Shown in pieces: positions 9,342-19,336 of a stretch of 64,000 nucleotides of DNA (positions are counted from its first letter, which is position 1; each line of letters starts with the position of its first letter). The notes beneath the pieces are model-generated. The model was not told the origin of the DNA and searched no databases. It saw nothing but the letters and a program-made list of their open reading frames with translations. The position numbers and the translations under genes were made by a program. The DNA comes from Thermoplasmata archaeon (GTDB lineage Archaea; Thermoplasmatota; Thermoplasmata; Lutacidiplasmatales; UBA184): contig DATJWA010000027.1 in the NCBI GenBank assembly GCA_035501555.1, positions 256,156 through 320,155 on the forward strand, read 5' to 3'.

Positions 9342-10343
9342 ATGGGCGCCGCGGTGACCTGCGAGAACCTCGGGAAGACCTTCCCGGGCGGCGTGGAGGC
9401 GGTCACCTCGGTCAGCCTCGACGTGGCGCACGGCGAGATCTACGGGTTCCTCGGCCCGAACGGCGCGGGGAAGACCACGATGATCTCGATGCTGACCACC
9501 CTGCTCCGGCCCACCCACGGCACGGCCGAGGTCGAGGGGATCGACGTGGTCCGGGAACCCGAGCGGGTCCGTCGACGGATCGGGCTCGTCTTCCAGCGCT
9601 CGACCTCGGACGACGCACTGACCGGGCGCGAGAACCTCGAGATCATCGCCGGGCTGCACGGGATTTCCCCTCGGGCAGCCCGACCGAGGATCCGGGAGCT
9701 CCTCGAGCGGCTCGACCTGGTCGAGGCGGCGGACCGACGGGTCGGCGCCTACTCGGGGGGAATGCGCCGGCGTCTCGAGATCGCGGCCGGCATCGTCCAC
9801 GCGCCGAGCCTCCTGTTCCTGGACGAGCCGACCCTCGGTCTGGACCCGCAGGGCCGGGCCGGTTTCTGGCAGTACATCCGCGAGCTCCGCTCCGAGAACG
9901 GAATGACGATCTTCCTGACAACCCACTACCTCGACGAGGCCGACCAGCTCTCCGACCGGGTGTCGATCATCGACCACGGCCGGGTCCTCCGGACCGACTC
10001 CCCGGTCGCCCTCAAAGAGTCGCTCGGGAGCGACATCGTCCTCGTCCAGCCGAGCGACCCGTCCCGGGACCTGGCCTCGCTCCTCGGGGCCATACCGGGC
10101 GTCGCCTCGGTCGAGCCGAGGTCACCCGAGGGAGCGTATCGGGTCCGCGTCGCACGGAGCGAGTCGTTCGTGCCGGCGGTCGTGCGGGCGTGCGACGCCG
10201 CCGGGGTCGAGCTCGCCGGGGTCTCGACCCGCAAGCCGAGCCTGGACGAGGTGTTCCTCACGCTCACGGGGCGGGAGTACCGGGAAGAGAGCGAGGCCAA
10301 CCACCACGCCGCACCGGGCGCGAGCTCGCCGGGGGGCCGCTGA
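9342..10343 (+). CDS. ABC-2 (DrrA-like) exporter ATP-binding subunit
   Basis: GPNGAGKTT, YSGGM, FLDEPT, TTHYLDEA, KPSLDEVF. Confidence 0.95.
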   Translation: MGAAVTCENLGKTFPGGVEAVTSVSLDVAHGEIYGFLGPNGAGKTTMISMLTTLLRPTHGTAEVEGIDVVREPERVRRRIGLVFQRSTSDDALTGRENLEIIAGLHGISPRAARPRIRELLERLDLVEAADRRVGAYSGGMRRRLEIAAGIVHAPSLLFLDEPTLGLDPQGRAGFWQYIRELRSENGMTIFLTTHYLDEADQLSDRVSIIDHGRVLRTDSPVALKESLGSDIVLVQPSDPSRDLASLLGAIPGVASVEPRSPEGAYRVRVARSESFVPAVVRACDAAGVELAGVSTRKPSLDEVFLTLTGREYREESEANHHAAPGASSPGGR

Positions 10344-11176
10344 TGTACCGCGAGTTCGTCACCGTGCTGCGTCGGGAGGCCCTCAAGTGGGTCCGGGTCC
10401 CGATCTGGGTCGCGTCGTACTTCGTCGTGCCGATCCTCTACCTCGTCCTCTTCGGCCAGGCATTCGACCTCGCCCGCCTCTTTCCCGCGGGAGAGGACGG
10501 CTCCCTCTACGTTCGCGCGGCCCTGCTCGGGGCCCCGAACTACTTCTCCTACTTCGCGGTCGGGATGGTCGCCTTCGTCACGCTCACCGCCTCCCTCTAC
10601 TCCGGCACGGGCATTCTGTTCGACAAGCAGCTCGGGATCCATCCGCGGATGACCGCGACGCCCGCCCCGCGCAGCGCCCTCTTCGCTGGCAGCTTGACGT
10701 TCCGTGCGTTCTCGGCGGCGTGGCCGGCCTTCCTCGCGCTCGGGTTCGCCCTCGCCTTCGAGGGCGTCCCGGGGCTCGCCGGACTCTCGGTCCGCTCCTC
10801 CGTCTCCGCGCTCGGCGTAGGGGAGATCGTGGCCGCCGAAGTGCTCCTCGCCATCATGTTCACCGCTCTGTTCCTCTCCTTCGGCTACGTCCTGAACTCG
10901 AACGAGGCTTACTTCGGGATCACCTCCCTACTGAACCTCCCGATCCTGTTCACCTCCAACGCGATGTTCCCCCAGGGGACGATGCCTCCGTGGCTCCAGA
11001 CCGTGACCGCCTACAATCCGGCGTCCATGGCGACCAACGTGATGCGCGAGAACCTCTTCCAGACGAGCGGGTACCCGTACCCGCCCGAGGTGTACCTGCT
11101 CGGGCTCCTCGCCTGGGCGGTCGTGCTGGTCGCTCTCGGTCTCTACCTATCGGCGCGCTCCCTCCGCGTTCAGTGA
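10343..11176 (+). CDS. ABC-2 exporter permease
   Basis: Multiple TM segments, MPPWLQ..AYNP motif; start overlaps the ATPase stop (TGATG). Confidence 0.9.
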   Translation: MYREFVTVLRREALKWVRVPIWVASYFVVPILYLVLFGQAFDLARLFPAGEDGSLYVRAALLGAPNYFSYFAVGMVAFVTLTASLYSGTGILFDKQLGIHPRMTATPAPRSALFAGSLTFRAFSAAWPAFLALGFALAFEGVPGLAGLSVRSSVSALGVGEIVAAEVLLAIMFTALFLSFGYVLNSNEAYFGITSLLNLPILFTSNAMFPQGTMPPWLQTVTAYNPASMATNVMRENLFQTSGYPYPPEVYLLGLLAWAVVLVALGLYLSARSLRVQ

Positions 11177-11243
11177 GTGGAGCCGGGCCCCCGCCAGCCA
11201 ATACTAAGCCTGCCGAGGGGATGCCGGACCGGAGCCGCACGGA

Positions 11244-12665
11244 ATGACGGCCCGCCGGACGCTCGTCCTCGCACTGGTCGTCGTGGTCCTCGTAGTCATC
11301 GCCGGAGCGGTCTCGTACTGGGTGCTCAGCCGCTCCTCCTCCCCAAGTTCCCCGTCCGGTCCGACCGGGGTGGCGAGTTGCCCGTCGAACCCGGCGAACG
11401 GTACCTCCGGGAACTGGACCACGTACCACCAGAACAACCTCCGGGACGGAGTGGAGTCCTCCTCCTCGATCGCATCGGTCACGGCTCGATGGCCCGCGCC
11501 CACGGGACTGGACGGTGAGGTCTACGCTGAGCCCCTCGTCTGCGGTGACTCGGTCTTCGTCGCGACCGAGGACGACTCCGTCTACGCCCTCAACGCCACC
11601 TCCGGCGCCATCCTCTGGCACACCCATCTCGGCACGCCGGCCCCGAGCTCCGCCCTCGCCTGCGCGGGGGACATCAACCCGAGCGGGATCACGGGGACCC
11701 CGGTGATCGACATCGCGACCGGAACCCTCTACACGGTCGCCCTCCTGACCTCCGGCAGCTCGGTAGAGCACATGCTGTTCGGGCTGAACGTGGTCAATGG
11801 TTCGATCCGCTCGCAGGTGGTCGTGGACCCCGCGGGCTCGACCCCGAACGCGGAGCAGCAGCGGGGGGCGCTGGCGATCGCGAACGGCTTCGTCTACGTG
11901 GTCTACGGCGGGTTGTACGGGGACTGCGGCAGCTACCACGGGTGGGTGGTCGGAGCGCCCGTGAACGGTTCGCATGCGCTCATCTCCTACCAGGTGCCCA
12001 CACAGCGGGAGGGAGCGATCTGGGGAACCGCCGGCATGGCGATCGCCCCGGACGGGGACCTCTACGTCGCGACGGGCAACGGCGCCTCCAACACCGTCTT
12101 CGACCACGGGGACAGCGTGATCGAACTCTCCCCCGAGCTGACGGAGCTCGGGTACTTCGCCCCGACGAACTGGGTCCAGCTCAACGAGGACGATCTCGAC
12201 CTCGGCTCGGTGGCCCCGACGTACCTGTCCACCGGGGACCTCTTCCAGATCGGGAAGGGGGGGGTCGGCTACCTCCTGTCGGGGACCGACCTCGGGGGGA
12301 TCGGCGGCCAGCTGTACAACGCGAGCGTCTGCGGAGGCGGGGCCTACGGGGGGACGGCCCACGTGGGCCTCTCCATCCTGGTACCGTGCACCGACGGGCT
12401 CTACGACGTCGTCGTCGCCGGCTCCTCCTTCTCCGTCGCCTGGCAGACCGCGGGCTTCGACTCGGGCTCCCCCATCGTCACCGGGAACGTCGCCTGGGCG
12501 GTCAACATCACGACCTCGGTCCTGATGGGGTTCAACCTGTCGAACGGGCACGTCCTCTTCTCGTTCCCCCTCGGCGCGGACGACCACTTCATCACTCCGG
12601 CGGCGGCCCCCGGCGCGCTGTTCGTCGCGGGAGGGGCGGACCTCTACGCCTTCACCCTGAGCTGA
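11244..12665 (+). CDS. Membrane-anchored PQQ-like beta-propeller protein
   Basis: N-terminal TM segment; WTTYHQN, VYALNATSGAILW, DLDLGS motifs; many N-x-S/T sites. Confidence 0.85.
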   Translation: MTARRTLVLALVVVVLVVIAGAVSYWVLSRSSSPSSPSGPTGVASCPSNPANGTSGNWTTYHQNNLRDGVESSSSIASVTARWPAPTGLDGEVYAEPLVCGDSVFVATEDDSVYALNATSGAILWHTHLGTPAPSSALACAGDINPSGITGTPVIDIATGTLYTVALLTSGSSVEHMLFGLNVVNGSIRSQVVVDPAGSTPNAEQQRGALAIANGFVYVVYGGLYGDCGSYHGWVVGAPVNGSHALISYQVPTQREGAIWGTAGMAIAPDGDLYVATGNGASNTVFDHGDSVIELSPELTELGYFAPTNWVQLNEDDLDLGSVAPTYLSTGDLFQIGKGGVGYLLSGTDLGGIGGQLYNASVCGGGAYGGTAHVGLSILVPCTDGLYDVVVAGSSFSVAWQTAGFDSGSPIVTGNVAWAVNITTSVLMGFNLSNGHVLFSFPLGADDHFITPAAAPGALFVAGGADLYAFTLS

Positions 12666-12811
12666 CCCCACGCGGAGGGTCTCCGTCGGTTCCCGGGTGG
12701 GAGGTGCCGCACCCCTCCGGCTCCTCGCGAAGGGCGCCCGAGCCCGCGCGGGAGGGTCGGCGTTCGGTCGCAAGTAAATAGCCGAGCCTCCCCATCTCCG
12801 GCTGAGGAGCG

Positions 12812-15184
12812 ATGGCGACCGGGGGCGGGGTCGGTCGCCCGTTCGTGGGTCGGCTCGGGACCGTCGAGGCCCTGCGCCGGCAGTTCGAAGACGCTCGGGG
12901 GGGCGCCGGCGGGTTCACGCTGCTGGTCGGCGACACCGGGGTCGGCAAGTCGACCCTCGTCGCCGAGTTGGTCCAGCACATGCGGACCCGAGGGACGCGC
13001 GTCCTCTTCGGCCAGGCCGCCGCCTCGGACGACCCCGCCCCGTTCTCGCTCGTCAACTCCGCTCTCGACCGCGCTCGGGAGGAGGCGGGGTCGGGGGCGG
13101 GCGATGCGGGCCCGCTCGGGCCGGGCCCGGTGATGATCGGCTTCGCGCCCGGCTTCGCGGACTCGTCGTTCCCCCCGCCCACCGACTTTGACGACCGGCT
13201 GCTCGACGCGCTCGGTGGGCTCTCCTCGCAGGGAGGGGTCTCGCGCGAGCGGGTCCTCTCGGAGAAAGCCGCCGAGTTCGTCGAGCTCGCCCGCCACGGC
13301 CCGACCGCCCTCGTCCTGGAGGACGTCCAGCGGGCGGACGACTCGTCACTCGCGGTGCTCGAGTCCCTCGCCGAGCAGCTACCGGGCCACGCGCTCTGGG
13401 TCCTCGCGACGAGCCGCCGGTCCGACTCCCTGAACGAATCGCAACGCACGCGCGTGGAGAAGCTCGAGGCCTCGGCCCGCCCCCGGCGCCTCGTACTGGA
13501 CCCGTTGACCTCGCAGGAGGTCGCGCTGTACCTGCACGCGGTCGACCCGTCCCGGCGGTTCACGCCCGAGGAGATCGCGCGGCGCCATTCCGAGACGGGC
13601 GGTAATCCGCTCCTCCTCGACCAGCTCGACCGGCGCGCCGCCGTCTCGAGCGGCCTCTCCGACGGCATCGGCCGGGCCCCCGTCAACGAGGCGAGCCGAA
13701 GGGTCCTCGAGGCCGCCGCCGTCCTCGGCTCGGCGTTCCCGTTCGGGACGTTGCTCGCCGCCAGTGGGGAGGAGGAGGAACGGCTCGCCGAGGCGGTCGA
13801 CACCCTGGTCGACCACGGCCTTCTCTTCGAGCGGCCCGGAGAACTACTCGAGTTCCCCGACGACCGGATGCGGGAGGAGGCGTACCTGCAGCTCTCCGAC
13901 GAGCGTCGTCGGGCACTCCACCGCCAGGTCGGGGGAGCGCTGGAAGCGACCGGGGGCCGGGACCCGAGCGCGGTCTTCACCCTCGCGCGTCACTTCTACG
14001 TCGGTCAGGAGTACCGCAAGTCGCTCGAGTACAATCGCCTGGCCGCCCAGGCGGCCGAGCACGCGCTCGCGCCCGACGTCGCCTCCGACTTCCTCCTTCG
14101 GGCGCTCGAGAGCCAGCGCCACCTCGACCCCGAGGACCGGGACGGGGAGGCGGCCCTGGTCGTCGAGATGGGCCGCCTCACGTACGACCTCGGTCTCCTC
14201 GACCAGGCCGAGGCGTTCCTTCGCGGCTACCTCGACCTGCGAGGCGACGACCCACGGCTCGGCCCCCGCTTCCGGGCCGCGACCGAGCTCATCCTCGCTC
14301 GGGTCCTCACCTCGCGGGGGGACTCTCCCGGGGCGGTGCGACTCGCCGAACGGATCCTCTCGAGTCCCGGAATCGAGGGCGACCGCCTCCTTCGGATCGG
14401 CGCCCTCCGCCAGCTCGCCATGTCCCGGTACTACGAGGGGCGCTACACCGAATCGTTGACCTACAACGCCGAAGAGTTTCGGCTCGCCCGGGAGCTGGGG
14501 AACGAGCGGCTCACCGCGCTCGCGCTCATCTTCCAGGTCGGCAACCTGGCGATGCTCGGAGAACCGGACCGGGCGGTCGAGGGCGCGCGCGAGGTCGCCC
14601 GGATCTTCGACCGCCTCGGCACTGCCGGGGACTCGGCCCAGGGGCACCTCTTCCTCGGAAACATGCTGGCCGACAACAAGTCGAACCCGGCCTACCGCGC
14701 GGAGGCGCTCGTCGAGCTGGAGCGGACGATCCGCTTGGCGGAGCAGGCGAACGACCTGCGTCGGGTCGGCTGGGCGTTGTACCACAGCGCCGAGGTGCTC
14801 CGGGTGGAGGGTCGGCTCGAGGCCGCCGACCGGAGCGCCCAGCGGGCGTTCGAGACCCTGGGACAGGTCGGAGACCTCGCCGGCCAGGGAGTCGCGATGA
14901 AGGTGCGGGGGCAGGTCGCCACCGCGCGCGCCGACTACCGCCGGGCCGAGCGCGACCTCCTCGAGGCGCACCGGCTCCTCCAGGGGCTCAAGCATACGCT
15001 CGAGGAGACCGAGGTGCTCCTGCGGCTCGCCGAGCTCTCGGCGGCGCGCGGGGACCTCGCGGGCGCGGCTGGACGGGTCGCTGAGCTCACCCGGATGGAC
15101 CTGCCCAAGACCCGACCGGACCTGCTCGCGGAGTTCGACGCGCTTCGGCGAACTGTCGCGGAGAAGGGGACCGGGGGAACGTAG
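12812..15184 (+). CDS. STAND-like AAA ATPase with C-terminal TPR/helical repeats
   Basis: FVGR, Walker A GDTGVGKS, Walker B LVLEDVQRAD, TGGNP, TPR-like C-terminus. Confidence 0.85.
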   Translation: MATGGGVGRPFVGRLGTVEALRRQFEDARGGAGGFTLLVGDTGVGKSTLVAELVQHMRTRGTRVLFGQAAASDDPAPFSLVNSALDRAREEAGSGAGDAGPLGPGPVMIGFAPGFADSSFPPPTDFDDRLLDALGGLSSQGGVSRERVLSEKAAEFVELARHGPTALVLEDVQRADDSSLAVLESLAEQLPGHALWVLATSRRSDSLNESQRTRVEKLEASARPRRLVLDPLTSQEVALYLHAVDPSRRFTPEEIARRHSETGGNPLLLDQLDRRAAVSSGLSDGIGRAPVNEASRRVLEAAAVLGSAFPFGTLLAASGEEEERLAEAVDTLVDHGLLFERPGELLEFPDDRMREEAYLQLSDERRRALHRQVGGALEATGGRDPSAVFTLARHFYVGQEYRKSLEYNRLAAQAAEHALAPDVASDFLLRALESQRHLDPEDRDGEAALVVEMGRLTYDLGLLDQAEAFLRGYLDLRGDDPRLGPRFRAATELILARVLTSRGDSPGAVRLAERILSSPGIEGDRLLRIGALRQLAMSRYYEGRYTESLTYNAEEFRLARELGNERLTALALIFQVGNLAMLGEPDRAVEGAREVARIFDRLGTAGDSAQGHLFLGNMLADNKSNPAYRAEALVELERTIRLAEQANDLRRVGWALYHSAEVLRVEGRLEAADRSAQRAFETLGQVGDLAGQGVAMKVRGQVATARADYRRAERDLLEAHRLLQGLKHTLEETEVLLRLAELSAARGDLAGAAGRVAELTRMDLPKTRPDLLAEFDALRRTVAEKGTGGT

Positions 15185-15266
15185 GTCCCTCGCGAGGCGA
15201 AGGGTATACCTTCCGAGACGGCCCTCGCCCCGCGGCCCCGCGACCGTGGGGCGTGGACGGCAACCG

Positions 15267-15608
15267 ATGGGGTACTACGTGGTCGTGAGCGAACAGGGCC
15301 CGGGCTGGCACCCGGGGCGGTCGATGCGGGAGCAGGAGGGCTGGGGTGCCCACGCTACGTTCATGAACGCCCTCGCCGACGAACGGCTGGTCCTGCTCGG
15401 GGGTCCGCTCAAGGGGGCCGCTCATCACCGGGCGTTGCTGGTGACCCAGGCGCCGAGTGAGCCGGCGCTCCGGGACCGGCTCGCCCAGGACCCGTGGATG
15501 GTCTCGGGGGTGCTTCGCGTCGTATCGGTCGAGCCGTGGGAGCTGCTGCTCGGCGAGCTCGAAGCCCCGGCGCCCGAGCTCCCCGGGGGGACGCGGCCAC
15601 CGGTCTAG
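15267..15608 (+). CDS. YciI-like protein
   Basis: HATFMNAL..LLGGPL...DPWM. Confidence 0.8.
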   Translation: MGYYVVVSEQGPGWHPGRSMREQEGWGAHATFMNALADERLVLLGGPLKGAAHHRALLVTQAPSEPALRDRLAQDPWMVSGVLRVVSVEPWELLLGELEAPAPELPGGTRPPV

Positions 15609-17212
15609 GTGGTTCCGCTCTCGGCCGAGGGGGACTCGCCCGGCAGCGGCGACACCGGGGCGCTGCTTCCCGCGCGGGCCCGGCGCGGCAGGGTGGGAAG
15701 GTGGGCGAACTTGGGGTGGCGAGAAGGTCCCAGGACCTCCTGGGCGAACACCACGGCCGCGCCTCCCGCGAGCGTGATGACCGCGGCGATCCAGAAGGCA
15801 TACTGGAAGGCGAGATGGGCCGGCACGCCGGCGCCCGCGAAGGGCCCCGAGGTGAGCACGTAGGTCGCCAGGAGCGAGCCGGCGATCGGCGCCCCGACGC
15901 TCCCGCCCACGTTGCGGAAGACGTTGTTCATCGCGGTCGCCTGGCCCATGTCCTTGGGGTCGACGGTCAGGACCAGCAGGTTGATCACGGACGCGTTGAG
16001 GAGGGCCATGCCCGCGCCGATGACGGTCTCGTAGACGAGCGCCTGGGTGAGCGAGGTCGCGATCGAGACCAGGTAGAAGCCGAGGGCCGTCAACGCCGAG
16101 CCCCCGAGGGCCAGTGGCTTGACGCCGGTCGTCGAGACCACGAAGCTCGCGAGGGCCGCGACCGCGATCATCGCCAAGGCGAGCGGGACGATGTCCAGCC
16201 CAGCGCTCAGGATGTTGTAGCTCGGGAAGGCCCCGTTGTACCCGCCGGAGGCGAACGGGAACTCGAACTGGTAGATCAGCGAGAACAGGGCGAGGTACAT
16301 TCCGAGGCCGGCCACGGTGAGGACGATGTTGGTCACGGCGACGTTCCGCTCCCGGAGCATCTTTTGGTCCACGATCGGCTCCCGGGCCCGGCTCTTCCAC
16401 CACGACTCGTACAGCGCGAAGGGGACGAACAGGAAGAGGCCCGCCCCGAGCGCGACGATCGTCGGGATCGACAGCCAGCCCCAGGCTTCCCCCTGCGACA
16501 AGGCCGTGACGACCCCCGCGAGGGCCCCGCCGAGCAGGGCCGCCCCCACGTAGTCCACCCGGGTGTCGGGACGACGGTACGGGGACTCCCGGATGAGCCA
16601 GACCACGAGGCCCGCGAGGAGGACGACGAACGGGATCGCGGAATGGTAGGTGACCCTCCAGCCGTAGTTCTGCGAGACGAACGAGCCGAGCGGCAGGCTG
16701 ATGACGAACCCGACGCCGAACATCGCGCTGAGGAGCCCCTGCGCGCGGGGGACCAGCTCGCGGGGGAACTCTTCCCGCATGAGCGCCATGCCGAGCGGGA
16801 TGATGGTCAGTCCAATCCCCTGGACGGTCCGGGCCGCGACCATGAAGGAGAAGGTCGGGGAGAAGCCGGTGACCGAGACGGCCGCCGCGTAGCCGAGCAT
16901 CACTCCGATGAGGACCTTGCGCTTGCCGTAGATGTCGCCGAGCTTGCCGACCACGGGCGAGAGCGCGACCCCCGCCGCGGCGTAGGCGGAGATGATGAGG
17001 GTGACCTGCGCCGTGTCGACGTTAAAGTCGGATTGGATCGTGGGGAGCGAGGGCGTCAGCATCCCCTCGATGTACAGCACGACGACGACGATCCCCGCGA
17101 GGAGGATCATCACCCGGTTCGCGTAGTGGCGGTCGAAGTTCTCGAGCGTCTTGGGGACGGGACCGGACGGGGAGAGGGGTGCACCGGGCGGACCGTTCGT
17201 TGGTGAATTCAC
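15605..17212 (-). CDS. MFS transporter (14-TM DHA2-like)
   Basis: GKLGDIYGKRK motif, ARTVQGIG, many TM segments; start trimmed to GTG 17212. Confidence 0.9.
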   Translation of the reverse strand: MNSPTNGPPGAPLSPSGPVPKTLENFDRHYANRVMILLAGIVVVVLYIEGMLTPSLPTIQSDFNVDTAQVTLIISAYAAAGVALSPVVGKLGDIYGKRKVLIGVMLGYAAAVSVTGFSPTFSFMVAARTVQGIGLTIIPLGMALMREEFPRELVPRAQGLLSAMFGVGFVISLPLGSFVSQNYGWRVTYHSAIPFVVLLAGLVVWLIRESPYRRPDTRVDYVGAALLGGALAGVVTALSQGEAWGWLSIPTIVALGAGLFLFVPFALYESWWKSRAREPIVDQKMLRERNVAVTNIVLTVAGLGMYLALFSLIYQFEFPFASGGYNGAFPSYNILSAGLDIVPLALAMIAVAALASFVVSTTGVKPLALGGSALTALGFYLVSIATSLTQALVYETVIGAGMALLNASVINLLVLTVDPKDMGQATAMNNVFRNVGGSVGAPIAGSLLATYVLTSGPFAGAGVPAHLAFQYAFWIAAVITLAGGAAVVFAQEVLGPSRHPKFAHLPTLPRRARAGSSAPVSPLPGESPSAESGTT

Positions 17213-17481
17213 GGGGGACCCTCCTCTCGACGCGGCTGCCTGCTCGTCCCGCTCGAGGGCGCTCGACCTGGGTCCGTGCGTGTCCCGGGAGTATAGGAGG
17301 TTGACGGAGCGGCTCCGCTGCGGGTGGGGCGGGGTGGCTCGGGGCCTGCCCCGTTCACTCGATGGACCGGCTCCCTTCCCGCGGCATTCCGCCGGCAAGC
17401 TCGCCCGGCCTCGAACCGTTTCGCCCACCCCCGGGGACGGGGATATACCGACCGAGGGCTGCCGACGTCGAGCGGATCGCC

Positions 17482-18486
17482 ATGGAGCGAAAATCGTCGG
17501 CAAAGAACGACGAGCGGGACACGAGGGTGCTGGACTGGCTGCTCGAACCGGACCAGCCGGCCGTTCGGTACCACGCGCTGATCAACCTTCTGGGCCGTCG
17601 ATTGGATGACCCCGAAGTCAAGGCCGCGAGGTCCCGGATCGCCCGCGTCGGCTGGGCCGCCGACCAGCTGCGTCAGCAGGGGCCGGAAGGGTTCTGGGAG
17701 CGCCGCGGCCCGAAGAACGTGTCGGAGTACGTGGACTTCCTGTACTTCCCTCCGTACCTCTCGACGAACTGGAGGGCCCTCGTCCTCGCCGAGTTCGGTC
17801 TAGATTCCACCACTCCGCAGGTCCGCAAGGTCGCGGACCTGATGTTCCAATACAAACTCCGCACCAGTTCGCCGTTCAACTTCTACCACGAAGAGGTTTG
17901 CATCTCCGCGAACTGCGCGCGCATGCTGACGCGATTCGGGTACGGAGACGACCGCCGGGTCCGGCGCCTGTACGACTGGCTGATCGAGGACCAGCGGGAG
18001 GACGGTGGGTGGAACTGTTCCCCGGATACGCCGGGGACGCTCGACGCATGGGAGGCCCTCGCGGCGTTCGCGACGGTTCCGAAGCGGTCGCGTTCACCGC
18101 AGATGGACCGAGCGGTCGAGCGGGGAGCCGAGTTCTACCTCGCGCGCAACCTGTTCAAGGAGGGGAAGCGGTACGACCCGTGGTTCCGCCTCCACTACCC
18201 GAACCACTACCTCTACGACATCCTCGTGGGACTGGACGTCCTCACCCAGCTCGGGTACGGGGGCGACCGACGTCTCGGGCCGGCGCTCGACCTCCTCCGC
18301 AAGAAGCGTCAGGGCAACGGGACGTGGCGGCTCGACCGGCAGCATCCGGACCTAGGGCCGGGCCTCAAGATCTATTCGGACATGAGCAAGGTCCGACCCC
18401 TCGTGATCGAACCCGCGGGCCGGCCGAGCAAATGGATCACGCTCAAGGCGCTCACGGTGCTGAAGAGGGTCGAAGCCGCCGAATAG
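17482..18486 (+). CDS. Prenyltransferase/squalene-cyclase-like alpha/alpha-toroid protein
   Basis: QW-like repeats QGPEGFW, QREDGGWNC, QGNGTW; C-terminal PSKWITL. Confidence 0.75.
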   Translation: MERKSSAKNDERDTRVLDWLLEPDQPAVRYHALINLLGRRLDDPEVKAARSRIARVGWAADQLRQQGPEGFWERRGPKNVSEYVDFLYFPPYLSTNWRALVLAEFGLDSTTPQVRKVADLMFQYKLRTSSPFNFYHEEVCISANCARMLTRFGYGDDRRVRRLYDWLIEDQREDGGWNCSPDTPGTLDAWEALAAFATVPKRSRSPQMDRAVERGAEFYLARNLFKEGKRYDPWFRLHYPNHYLYDILVGLDVLTQLGYGGDRRLGPALDLLRKKRQGNGTWRLDRQHPDLGPGLKIYSDMSKVRPLVIEPAGRPSKWITLKALTVLKRVEAAE

Positions 18487-18648
18487 CGGGGGCGACCACC
18501 CGGTCTCGCTCGAGCCGCGATAGAGTGCAGGTGCACGTCGAACTCGCCGAATTCGGTCGGGGAGCAGGGTCCCGGTCCCCAGTAGAGGTGCGTCCCGGTC
18601 GCCACCCAGAGGGCGGTGTTATGGGGTCCCCGGGCGATAGAGGGTACC

Positions 18649-19200
18649 GTGAGTCCAGCCGACAGCGCCCTGGTCGTTCGAACTCGACGCGCGTTTCCGC
18701 GCCCCGCGGGTACGGTCTGGCCCCTGCTGTGCAATTCCAAGATGGACGGGTCGCATCGCCTGCTCTTCCGGCTGGGCGTTCCGCAACCCCTGGAGTGCCG
18801 GCTACCGGACGGCGAAGGAGTGGGGCACGAGAGGGAGTGCGTCTCCGACCAGGGTGTGGTCCACCAACGGATCCTTACGTGGGCACCCGAGACGAAGCTC
18901 TCCTTCCGCATGGAGTCGAACGACCTGCGTTGGTCCCGCCTTGTGGACGGGATCGAGGATACGTTCGACCTGCAGACCACCCCCACCGGAGTTCGTGTCA
19001 CTCGGACCACCCGCGTGCAGGTCCGCCCGACGGCGTCGCTCTTCCAACGGCTCGGGCTGCGGCTCGGGCTGAAACAGGTCCACCGGTACGTGTTTCGAAA
19101 CTGGGCGCGACTTGCGCGTCTCTCGGACCCGAACGGCCGCCCGACCGCCATGAGGTCCCGGGGCCTGTCGGCCGCCACGGGCTCCGCGAAGACGCGATAG
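18649..19200 (+). CDS. SRPBCC-like protein
   Basis: VWP...GVPQPLEC...RECVSDQG...LSFRM pattern; start uncertain. Confidence 0.6.
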   Translation: MSPADSALVVRTRRAFPRPAGTVWPLLCNSKMDGSHRLLFRLGVPQPLECRLPDGEGVGHERECVSDQGVVHQRILTWAPETKLSFRMESNDLRWSRLVDGIEDTFDLQTTPTGVRVTRTTRVQVRPTASLFQRLGLRLGLKQVHRYVFRNWARLARLSDPNGRPTAMRSRGLSAATGSAKTR

Positions 19201-19336
19201 TTCGGCACCCCCCTCCTCCGGGCCGCGCTGTTCGCGCGAGGAGTGTCGGGTCGGGGGTGCGCGAGCGGAACCGATCGGCCCGTGGCTTCACCGCTCGGGG
19301 GGTTACAAGTAGGTCCGTCGACTTCGGCCCCGAGCC

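Noticed and set aside
19244..19257. TGTCGGGTCGGGGG resembling the repeat core
   Set aside because: No downstream arm similarity; likely chance in GC-rich DNA.
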